Assembly (NCBI GenBank): GCA_965644315.1
Contig: CBFFRQ010000069.1
Coordinates: forward strand, 310,001 to 374,000
Reading direction: 5' to 3'
DNA: 64,000 nt
Source: Caecitellus pseudoparvulus
Taxonomy: Eukaryota; Protista; Bigyra: Bicosoecida
Part shown: in pieces, positions 44,001-54,512 of the stretch
Position numbering within the stretch: the stretch's first letter is position 1
Layout of the letters: each line of letters starts with the position of its first letter
Notes under the pieces: model-generated
What the model was told of the DNA's origin: nothing
Database searches by the model: none
Seen by the model: the letters and a program-made list of their open reading frames with translations, nothing else
Translations under genes and position numbers: made by a program

Positions 44001-47000
44001 GCAGAGACGACTCCAGGCGCAGGCGGGACCATTCAATGGGGTGCACCACGGCGCCCGTTGCATCGTCAAAAGCTGGTTGCCGGGTCAAAGTACGTGCCTT
44101 GCGGTCCACGATCAGCACCCGGTTGGTTGAGCCCCTGTCCAGCGTAATGGCAAAAGATGCCCGCCCAGACACAGGTTCGTACTTCTCTGCGTCGTCTGAA
44201 AACGGCAAGTCAGGCTCCAGCAAGTGCAGCAACAGGCAAAACTGCTCCCTGGTTTCAGCCGTCGCAAACTTCAACGCGTAGTCTTTGGTTTCTTTGTCAT
44301 GAAAGAGGATGTTTAGTGCCGTGGGCTCAGCTGACACGCGCTCCACTCGGGAGAGGTCCACGACGGGATATGAGTGAGTGTGCGCACCTTTGTCGTCGTA
44401 CACATTCATCTGCTGCCGGTCCATGTCCACTGCCACTGCACGGGGCTGCCACTGCCCGTAGCGATTCAGCTTCTCAACGGGAATGCGGGGTGTACAACCT
44501 GAGGGGAGCTGGGGACCCTTGGAGGTAGGGCTGCCACCGCTCGGCTGGCTGTCCTTCGCTGGAGCCCGCAGGTCGTCCAGCACTGCCCTGAACGCAGGGC
44601 TTGCCTTGAACCGCGCGTACAAGGCAGGTAGCTCCAGGACCGTCATGACCACTGCAACAGCTGCATCCAAGCAGAAGGGGGACAGTTTCATGGTGTCTGG
44701 CGAGGAGGAAGCCAGCCCAGTGAGTCGTGACACTTCCGTCGGGGGCAACAGCAAGCCAATGGCTGTGCCAGGGGACTCGGCAGACCCACAAAACTTGGCC
44801 ACAGTGACGGCAAGCTGCTGTGACAGGCCTCGGGGAACATTGGTGATGACACCACCGTCAGTGGAGACAGAAAACGCCAGCCCCGCAAACTCGTCGGCAG
44901 CTTGCAGAAACTCGCCCACAATCTTGGTGGACACGCTGACGGGCAGCTTCTGCAAGTACTTTCGCTTGTCAGCCTGTTGGATCTTCTTTGCAGAGGCGAA
45001 TGTGGGGTCCCCCGCGCCGGCTTGGCTGGGCAGCAGCTGCCCGCCTGTCGCCTGTGCAACTGCTTGGGGCAGCGGCAGGAACCCCAAGCCGTCTGCCAGG
45101 GCCGAGGCTAGCTGGCGCTTGACGCGAATGGCAGCCCCAACGTGCTGCTCAAACGCATCGCAACCCGCCTCCAGCTTGAGAAGGGCAGCGAGGGGTGGGG
45201 CAGTGCCGTGTGCAAACACTTCAAAGCGCGACAGGCCGAGGGAGTCCCCCGCGAAGGCGTACTCGATGTCTCCCCGAGTGAGCTTCACGATCACTGCAGC
45301 AGTGTCAGTAGTGAACAGCTTGAAAGGTTCGGTGCGCGAAACGGCGCTTGCTCGGGGCAGCAGCGCGTCCACGCCCACTGCCGCGCCCGATGATTTCAAT
45401 TCAACAACTTCGCTGCTGCCGGACTTGGTGGCGCAGGACACGGTGCCTTGCGCAACGACGTAGGCAACCAGTTCGCCGTCCTCAAAGTCTGAAATCACGG
45501 TTCCGCCCCCCACTGACGTGTACTTGATCCGCTTTGTCAGCCGGTTCAGCTGCCCTTCCGTCATGGTGCTGAACAAAGGACTCTTGAGTTTCTGCACCGA
45601 AGACGCTTGCCGGGAGGCAACGTGCGCTTGGATGTTGTCACGCAACACAGGGATGGCTTCCAGCATGGCGTGGAACGCTGAGCGGTGCTGCACCATGACC
45701 AGCGAGTCCCGGCGAGCGACTACAGAAGCGGTGGCTGGCACGTCCTGCAGCAGTCCGATTTCACCGAAGAACCCCCCCGTGGAATCTTGGAACACCTGCC
45801 GCCCACGCACCGTGACGGCATACTCGCCATGAATCATGACGTAGAACGCATCACCGCGTGAGCCCTCAGACACGATGGTGGTCCCGGCCGTGTATGCCAG
45901 CACAGTGAACCTTCGTGCGGCTGACGCAATGTCCTTCTTCGGGATCTCCCGAAAGAAAGGCACCCGTTGGAGGAACAGGGGAAGCAGCTCCTCTGTGTAC
46001 CTTGTGAGCAGCCGGCGCTTCTTTGACACCATCCAAGAATCCCCCAGCTCCCGCACCATGTCTGCCGCGTCCAGCACCAGGGCATGGCAGCCGCCGATGG
46101 AGGCGATGACAGAGCGGGTCACGCTGGTCTCCTCTGTCGGCTCCACTGCAGGCGAGAAGGAAGCAAAAAGTGCAGGCAGGCGACAAAGCAGTGCCAGAAC
46201 GTGCAGCTGGCCAGGACGCTGCGACTCACAAGGTGCGTCTTCGAAGGTTGGGTCGTCATACGCGACGCCAGTTGTGGGGACAATGTAACACCCCGGAGCA
46301 AGCAGAGCATCTACACAGTGAGTTGTCCCAGGCTGCGGGGTTTTGGCGAGGAAGGGCCAACGTGAGCGCGAGGCATGCAGTGCCGTGCGGTGCTTGCGCT
46401 CAGTAGGCGTGGGGTGCCGCGCCTCCATCTCACCTCACAGTGCTGCACACAGATCTCCTCATCGGCCCCTGGATCAACCTTAAACAATGCTGTCACGCCA
46501 GCACACAAGATGAACATGCACTGCTCATAGTTTCCCTGCAAGCGCGAGGGCGTGACACAGTGGGGAGAGGGGGTGTCGCGGCGACCGCGTTGCAGTGTGG
46601 TCAACTGCAAACCTTCGCCAGGGGCAGGCGTGCCCACCGCACAGTAAAGGTCTGTAGGCCACAGCACGCACCTCTTCGAACATTTTTGACTCCGGTGTCA
46701 GCGTCTTCAGCTTGAAGTGCTTTGCAAGCGCGGTGGCTTCATCAGGCGTCATGTCGGCCAGCAAAGGCACGGCGCTCCGCAGGAACTTGTGAGTGAGGTA
46801 TTGCTTTGCATACTTGCTGCGCAGTTCTTCTTTTGCCCGACTTAGCAAGTCATCGCTTGGTGCTTCGTACACGGACCCACTGCGCCCAGCTTGTGCGACA
46901 CCAGGTGCCAGGCCGAGAGCAGCCAGCTCATCTTCGTCCACGCCAGCTGGTGTCTCCCACGACGATGCCTGCGTCAGCCCATGAAACCAGTACCAATTGC

Positions 47001-47121
47001 CGGACTCATCGTCGAATGCTTGCTGCCAATTGGGGTCGCTCCAAGAAGCCTGACCCGACTGCTCATTGAACCAGTAGGTCTTGCCTGACTCTGGGTCCAC
47101 GCCTTCGCTCCAGTCTGCCAT
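41005..47121 (-). CDS. Multidomain signalling protein: WW-WW, cNMP-binding domains, PH-like, inositol polyphosphate 5-phosphatase, C2-like, RGS; spliced at the 5' end
   Basis: WW: WSEGVDPESGKTYWFN...SW, twice. cNMP: IVSEGSRGDAFYV...FFGEIGLL...ATASV. 5-phosphatase: IGLQE, GNKGA, VNCHL, WLGNLNYR, PSYTDRVLW, DHRPV. RGS: FQAFCDRERSRENVDFY...VNLP...FDEAREEIFKLMQKDTLSRF. Confidence 0.88.
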
Positions 47122-47296
47122 GGCGGGGCTGATGTCGCAGCGACCCCGTGCACCAAGCGCCAGCAAGTGGACGCTGAGCGGGCCTTCCTTCAGCTGCACT
47201 GCGAATTGCAGAGTACTAGGAGTTCGGGCAGCTCTGCGGCAGTGAATGCGATGGCTGCATTGTGTGGCACACGCTCAAATGCTCGGCGCAGGCAGT

Positions 47297-49069
47297 TTAC
47301 GCAGCCTCCTCTGTTGGGATGGAGTACTTGATGTTCGTGTTCACCGCCAGCACGTGCTCATCAATCACGATGGCCGGGTCAATGAAGCTCAATCCACCCA
47401 GAGACGGCAGTGGGAAGCCCAGCCCACCCAGCCCGTTCAACAGGCTCTTCGCTGTGGGCAGCACCAGGTCCACCAGTGTCTGGATGAAGCCAACACTCAG
47501 CTCGCCAATGGAGCTGCGCAGCACCTTCAAGTTCAAGTCCAACGCCGTCACGTGGAACTTCAACACGGGCGCCACCTGCCCAGTCGCGTTGGAGTGCTGC
47601 ATGGACAGGCTGACACTGAGGCCCGCCACCATGTCAGCGCCCAGCGTGAAGACAGGCAAGCTGCCGCCATACGAGGACACACCACGCAGGGAGCCACTGG
47701 CGCCGGCCAGCACACCAAAGTCAAGCGCCACAGGCAGGTGTGCCTGCAGGCCGCTGGCCTTGCTGGCCGTGATGCTGGGCGTCGTGGACTTGTCGAAGGT
47801 GACGTTCAGGCTCATGGCACGGTTGGGGTACTTGGCGGGCAGCTGGGGCAGGCCCAAGTCTGCCCACTTGCTCGTGTTCAGAGGCAGGGGGAACAGGCGC
47901 GGCTTGTTGGCGGGCGTGTAGAAGCTGTCCAATGCACCGTTGGTGTAGGCAGTCCACAGGGCACAGGACAGTGTAGCGGGGGACAGCTGCGCCTGCAGCA
48001 TGTAGTGCTCGGGTGCCACGATGGGGGGCATGGGCAGGGTGGCGATGGGGCACTTGGCATGGCGCAGGGCGTCAGTGGCGGCGAGGTCGAAGGCCAGGAC
48101 GGCGGTGGCAGCGGAGCCGGCACCCTGCACGCCCAGGACATCGGTGGCCAGGGAGAAATCCGTGACGGACAATCCACCGCCAAGGTGCATGTATGAGGGC
48201 AGCTTCGACAGCACTTTTGCAGCTGCATCGTTCACAGCGGTCTGCACTTTGCCTCGGACGGCCTTCTCGATGGCGTCCTTCAAAATGCCCTTGAGCAGGT
48301 CAACCAAGATGTTGTACAGCCAAGAAGCGTCGCCGTGGAACTTGATATCGAAGTGGCCGAAAGACAAGTTGGCGCCTGTACAGTCAACATGAGGCTTGGC
48401 AGCATCGACGCTGATTTCCACGGTAACGCTAGCAGTAGTGTCACCCGGGCTGATATCAATAGATCCAGTGGATGAGATGTGCGGCCAGTGGTTCTTGCGC
48501 CAGTGGTAGTCCATCGTAATCTCTGCGACGTGCGGGATGTGCCGTGGGGTTGATGCTCCCGAGCCCCACACCTGAGGACTCACTCGCCGAGTCCAGTCCG
48601 TTAATGCCACCAGCAACGGTTGACGGCGCAGCCAGGGTCAGGTCAATGTCATTGATAACAAGGCCAGAAGCCTGCGGCAAAGAAAACAACCAGCGATCGA
48701 TGAGCGGCTCGCGTCTCAGAAGGTGTGACTGCACTCACGCGGATGTTGGTCAGCTCCAGAGTCACATGGCCAATAGGAGTGTCCAGGTCGGGCTGGGTGA
48801 TGGATGGGATAGTCTGTGGCAGCGCAAGACGGCTTGAAGTGAAACATTCTGGGTCCTGGGGTACAGTGTGTTGGTCAGGTGCACTGCACTTGGCAGCAAC
48901 GCACGCTGAACTGGGCGAGGATCGCGTTCAGCTCAGGCAGCACAGCGTTCTTAAACTCCACAAGCCCCCCCTCCGACACACCCGTCGCGAAGCCGTACGC
49001 CGCCCTCCCCGATTGCAAGCAGCATGCAGCTGCAGCTGCAGCCAGCAGCACTGCACTTGCCCCTCGCAT
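47297..49069 (-). CDS. BPI/LBP (TULIP)-family secreted lipid-binding protein, copy A (4 exons)
   Basis: Signal peptide MRGASAVLLAAAAA; VSEGGLVEFK; TIPSI...TPIGHVTLELTNIR; DIKFHGDASWLYNILVDLLKGILK; C-terminal GFPLP. Confidence 0.85.
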
Positions 49070-50322
49070 GGTGAGCGCGGTGCAAAGTGCGCGGGCACGT
49101 GTGGTTCAAAAACCACGCCACGAATGGACTGCCGGTTCAAGTGGTTGTTCAATGTTGAGGAAGCGAGTGTGTGAGACGGTGCGTGTTTGAGCACGGCAGC
49201 GAAGTGCGCCAGAGCAGCATGTCGCAGCGTGGCCTGGCTGGGGCGTCATCGTGGGAGAGCCGGGAGGCACGGTGGATGCAGCGGCGTCGGGCGCAGTTGG
49301 GTCTGGGTGAGTGCAGCATTGGTGAGTGGTGGTGTAGTGGCATGCATGGCTCACGAGCCTCTCCTTGCTGCGCGGTTCAGGGGGTGGAGATCAGGCCAGG
49401 CAAAGCAGGTGAGTGCGGTTGGGCGTTGTTTTCCGCACCACGCCGTGATTGGCGTGTGGCCCGGCCAGGCGCAGCATTGCCTTGGGGCTGGAGCACAAGC
49501 TTCCACCGTGTCTATGTGCAGGTCTGGGATGACTGGCACGGGTGTGTCTCGCGGGTCTCCGATGAAGACGTCCCGTGCTGTGAGTGGTTTGGTGCCCGGT
49601 GCCGTTGGAGGTGAGCCAGCGATGGCCAGCTCACCTGGCGGGAGCACGGTGATGTCTGCGTCTGAGCTGCGCGGCATGCGGCGTCGTGCGGGGGGGAGGA
49701 GCAGTGGCCGGGGCAAGTACCGCATGGAGCTGGAGGGTGGTGGTGTGGGTGGCGGTGGTGCGCGGGGCCCCAGTCAGGGACATGTGCGGAGTGCCACGGC
49801 ACCGAGTGCGGGCAGGTGGGAGCAGGGCGGTGAGCGGGGCTTCTTCGACTACTTCTTCAACCCCCGCCCAGGCGGCGGGACGCCCATGCGTGACGGGCGT
49901 GGGAACGTCGTGGCAGACTTGCGTGGGGCACTGTCTGTGCAAGGCGGTGTGGAGCGTGAGGGTGAGCAGCCGCAAGGAGTGAGCGTTCACGAGCTGGAAG
50001 GCGCTGCCGCTGCCAGTGTTGCAGGCGGTGGTGGTGGTGCTGAGGCTGGTGGGGGGCTGGGGGTTGGTGTGGGCGGGGCGGCCCGTGTGGCTGATGGGAG
50101 TGTGGGTGCCATGCCAGGTGGTGCAGGGCAGTCCATGGGTGACATGGTGCATGCCCGCACGATTGAGCGACTGCAGCGGGAGGCCGATGATGCAGATCGG
50201 GGGCGGCGAGAGGCTGAGGAGGAGTTGCGGAGTGTGCGTGCTCAGTTGTCAACTGCGATCAGTTTGTTGGAGGAGTACCGCGCCGAGTACGGCCCACTGC
50301 CGGCGAAGTAGGGCGGCGGGGA
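48907..50322. repeat. ~1.4-kb duplicated block, copy 1 (BPI exon 1, divergent intergenic region, neighbour gene)
   Basis: Near-identical to 56110-57525 at a constant offset of 7203 bp. Confidence 0.95.
49622..50311 (+). CDS. Hypothetical Gly-rich protein with C-terminal coiled coil, copy 1
   Basis: MASSPGG...FFDYFFNPRPGGGTPMRDGRGNVV...IERLQREADD...LEEYRAEYGPLPAK; ORF intact in both copies. Confidence 0.7.
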   Translation: MASSPGGSTVMSASELRGMRRRAGGRSSGRGKYRMELEGGGVGGGGARGPSQGHVRSATAPSAGRWEQGGERGFFDYFFNPRPGGGTPMRDGRGNVVADLRGALSVQGGVEREGEQPQGVSVHELEGAAAASVAGGGGGAEAGGGLGVGVGGAARVADGSVGAMPGGAGQSMGDMVHARTIERLQREADDADRGRREAEEELRSVRAQLSTAISLLEEYRAEYGPLPAK

Positions 50323-50392
50323 TAGTGGGGAATGGAAGTTCCCTTTTATGTCAAGCACTGTAATAGATGGGGCCGCATGAATTTTCAAATCC

Positions 50393-52276
50393 TTAGAAAG
50401 AGATGGTGATGTTCGTGTTCACCGCCAGCACGTGCTCGTTTATCACGATAGCCGGATTCTGGAAAGCCATGCCCCCCAGAGACGGCAGTGGGAAGCCCAG
50501 CCCACCCAGCCCGTTCAACAGGCTCTTCGCTGTGGGCAGCACCAGGTCCACCAGTGTCTGGATGAAGCCAACACTCAGCTCGCCAATGGAGCTGCGCAGC
50601 ACCTTCAAGTTCAAGTCCAACGCCGTCACGTGGAACTTCAACACGGGCGCCACCTGCCCAGTCGCGTTGGAGTGCTGCATGGACAGGCTGACACTGAGGC
50701 CCGCCACCATGTCAGCGCCCAGCGTGAAGACAGGCAAGCTGCCGCCATACGAGGACACACCACGCAGGGAGCCACTGGCGCCGGCCAGCACACCAAAGTC
50801 AAGCGCCACAGGCAGGTGTGCCTGCAGGCCGCTGGCCTTGCTGGCCGTGATGCTGGGCGTCGTGGACTTGTCGAAGGTGACGTTCAGGCTCATGGCACGG
50901 TTGGGGTACTTGGCGGGCAGCTGGGGCAGGCCCAAGTCTGCCCACTTGCTCGTGTTCAGAGGCAGGGGGAACAGGCGCGGCTTGTTGGCGGGCGTGTAGA
51001 AGCTGTCCAATGCACCGTTGGTGTAGGCAGTCCACAGGGCACAGGACAGTGTGGCGGGGGACAGCTGCGCCTGCAGCATGTAGTGCTCGGGTGCCACGAT
51101 GGGGGGCATGGGCAGGGTGGCGATGGGGCACTTGGCATGGCGCAGGGCGTCAGTGGCGGCGAGGTCGAAGGCCAGGACGGCGGTGGCAGCGGAGCCGGCA
51201 CCCTGCACACCCAGGACATCGGTGGCCAGGGAGAAGTCAGTGCGTGATGCCCCACCGCCAAGGTGCATGTGCGAGGGCAGCTTTGCGAAGACCTTCGCTG
51301 TGGCGGCGTTCACAGCGGTTTGCACTTTGCCTCGGACAGCCTTCTCGATGGACTTGCGCAGGGTGCCCTTGAGCAGGCCAGTGACGATGTTGAGCAGCCA
51401 CGACAGGGAGCCGTGGAACTTGATCTTGAACTTGTCAAATGACACGTTCACCCCTGAGCACGAGGCGTGTGGCTTGCCACCCGACGCGCTGATGGCGACG
51501 GTGACGCCAGCGGTGGTTGTGCCGGGGGTGATGTCGATGGAACCGTGCATCTTGATATGGGGCCAGTGGCTCTTTCGAGCATGGTAGTCCATCGAAATCT
51601 CTGCGGAGTAGGCGTTGGCATGAGCTTGACTGCCGTTGACTGCAGCCTGGACGCCTCCCCTCCTGGACACCAGAGCCGGTGGCGAAGTACGAAGCAGCGC
51701 ACGTACTGGCATTGTGCAAGCCTGCGATAGACCCCCCCACAGTGCCAGGGGCAGTCATGACGAGGTTCGCATTGTCGATGTGCAGCCCGCTAGCCTGTGG
51801 ACATGGGCACCAGTGGACCGCGTGGGGTAGGCAGGGGGGACGGGCACTGTTGCTGGCTGGGTGGTGTCAGGTCAAGTGCAGTGCGGCAGTTCACTTGCAC
51901 GCACCCTGATGTTTGAAAGCGTGAGGTCGACGTGTCCAATGGGTGTCTTGACATGCTCTTTGATGTCAGGGATGGTCTGCACGCCGAGTGGGCCGTGTCA
52001 GTGCGAGAGTGCGCCCGGAAGCAAGGATCAATGCGGGCGGGAGCGGGGTGCCCCGGCGCACGCCCCAGCGCGGTGCCGGAGTGTGCCGGCACGTTGGCGA
52101 CGTACGGCAAACTGGGCCAGCGCTGCGTTCAGCTCTGGTAGCACTGCATTCTTAAAGGAGTCAAGGCCTGCCTTGGACACGCCGGTGGCGAAGCCGTAGT
52201 TGGCAGCAGCGACGGGCTGAAGCAGGAGAGCAGCAGCAGCTGCGGTGGCCACGAGGGCCAATGAGACAACTCGCAT
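50393..52276 (-). CDS. BPI/LBP-family protein, copy B (4 exons)
   Basis: MRVVSLALV leader; exons TIPDIKEHVKTPIGHVDLTLSNIR, ASGLHIDNANLV and KISMDYHARKSHWPHIKMHG; same intron positions as copy A. Confidence 0.85.
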
Positions 52277-52485
52277 TGTGGTGCTGAGTATGATATTGAG
52301 ATGAAGAGAAACCGTTTGTGATCCGTTGTGTGTTTTCTCGTTTCGGTGAGATTGAACTGTGTCCTGAGGTCTCAGCACGGAACAGCTCGGAACCTTGATC
52401 GGTGATATGTTCAATAATGAGAGTCGGGACAAACCATACCTAAGTAAGCCATGCATTCTACCTACGTATACCACATCAATGAGCA

Positions 52486-54369
52486 TCACAGGGTGATGGT
52501 GATGTTCGTGTTCACCGCCAGCACGTGCTCGTTTATCACGATGGCTGGGTTCTGGAAAGCCATGCCCCCCAGAGACGGCAGTGGGAAGCCCAGCCCACCC
52601 AGCCCGTTCAACAGGCTCTTCGCTGTGGGCAGCACCAGGTCCACCAGTGTCTGGATGAAGCCAACACTCAGCTCGCCAATGGAGCTGCGCAGCACCTTCA
52701 AGTTCAAGTCCAACGCCGTCACGTGGAACTTCAACACGGGCGCCACCTGCCCAGTCGCGTTGGAGTGCTGCATGGACAGGCTGACACTGAGGCCCGCCAC
52801 CATGTCAGCGCCCAGCGTGAAGACAGGCAAGCTGCCGCCATACGAGGACACACCACGCAGGGAGCCACTGGCGCCGGCCAGCACACCAAAGTCAAGCGCC
52901 ACAGGCAGGTGTGCCTGCAGGCCGCTGGCCTTGCTGGCCGTGATGCTGGGCGTCGTGGACTTGTCGAAGGTGACGTTCAGGCTCATGGCGCGGTTGGGGT
53001 ACTTGGCGGGCAGCTGGGGCAGGCCCAAGTCTGCCCACTTGCTCGTGTTCAGGGGCAGGGGGAACAGGCGCGGCTTGTTGGCGGGCGTGTAGAAGCTGTC
53101 CAATGCACCGTTGGTGTAGGCAGTCCACAGGGCACAGGACAGTGTGGCGGGGGACAGCTGCGCCTGCAGCATGTAGTGCTCGGGTGCCACGATGGGGGGC
53201 ATGGGCAGGGTGGCGATGGGGCACTTGGCATGGCGCAGGGCGTCAGTGGCGGCGAGGTCGAAGGCCAGGACGGCGGTGGCAGCGGAGCCGGCACCCTGCA
53301 CGCCCAGGACATCGGTGGCCAGGGAATAGTCGGTACCAGACAGACCATTACCAAGGTGCATGTGCGAGGGCAGCTTTGCGAAGACCTTCGCTGTGGCGGC
53401 GTTCACAGCGGTTTGCACTTTGCCTTGGACAGCCTTCTCGATGGACTTGCGCAGGGTGCCCTTGAGCAGGCCAGTGACGATGTTGAGCAGCCACGACAGG
53501 GAGCCGTGGAACTTGATCTTGAACTTGTCAAATGACACGTTCACCCCTGAGCACGAGGCGTGTGGCTTGCCGCCCGACGCGCTGATGGTGACGGTGACGC
53601 CAGCGGTGGTTGTGCCGGGGGTGATGTCGATGGAACCATGAAGCTTCGTGTGAGGCCAGTGACTGCGTCTGACATGGTAGTCCATCGAAATCTCTGCGGA
53701 GGAGGCGTTGGCATGAGCTTGACTGCCGTTGACTGCAGCCTGGGCGCCTCCCCTCCTGGACACCAGAGCCGGTGGCGAAGTACGAAGCAGCGCACGTACT
53801 GGCATTGTGCAAGCCTGCGATGGACCCCCCCACAGTGCCAGGGGCAGTCATGACGAGGTTCGCATTGTCGATGTGCAGCCCGCTAGCCTGTGGACATGGG
53901 CACCAGTGGACCGCGTGAGGTGAGCAGGGGGGACGGGCACTGTTGCTGGCTGGGTGGTGTCAGGTCAAGTGCAGTGCGGCAGTTCACTTGCACGCACCCT
54001 GATGTTTGAAAGCGTGAGGTCGACGTGTCCAATGGGTGTCTTGACATGCTCTTTGATGTCAGGGATGGTCTGCGCGCCGAGTGGGCCGTGTCAGTGCGAG
54101 AGTGCGCCCGGAAGCAAGGATCAATGCGGGCGGGAGCGGGGTGCCCCGGCGCACGCCCCAGCGCGGTGCCGGAGTGTGCCGGCACGTTGGCGACGTACGG
54201 CAAACTGGGCCAGCGCTGCGTTCAGCTCTGGTAGCACTGCATTCTTGAAGGAGTCAAGGCCTGCCTTGGACACGCCGGTGGCGAAGCCGTAGTTGGCAGC
54301 AGCGACGGGCTGAAGCAGGAGAGCAGCAGCAGCTGCGGTGGCCACGAAGGCCAAGGAGACAACTCGCAT
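52486..54369 (-). CDS. BPI/LBP-family protein, copy C (4 exons)
   Basis: Tandem duplicate of copy B at offset 2093, introns included; MRVVSLAFV leader. Confidence 0.85.
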
Positions 54370-54512
54370 GTCTGACAGCAAGGTACACAAAGCAGTGGTA
54401 TGGTTTAAATGCAGTATGCAATCGCAAGGAAGTGAGGCACATGCAGAATTAATGATTTGTAAAATCGAGTGCATTGGTCTGGCAAGCCACGTGTGTACAA
54501 TGGCTTTCACCA

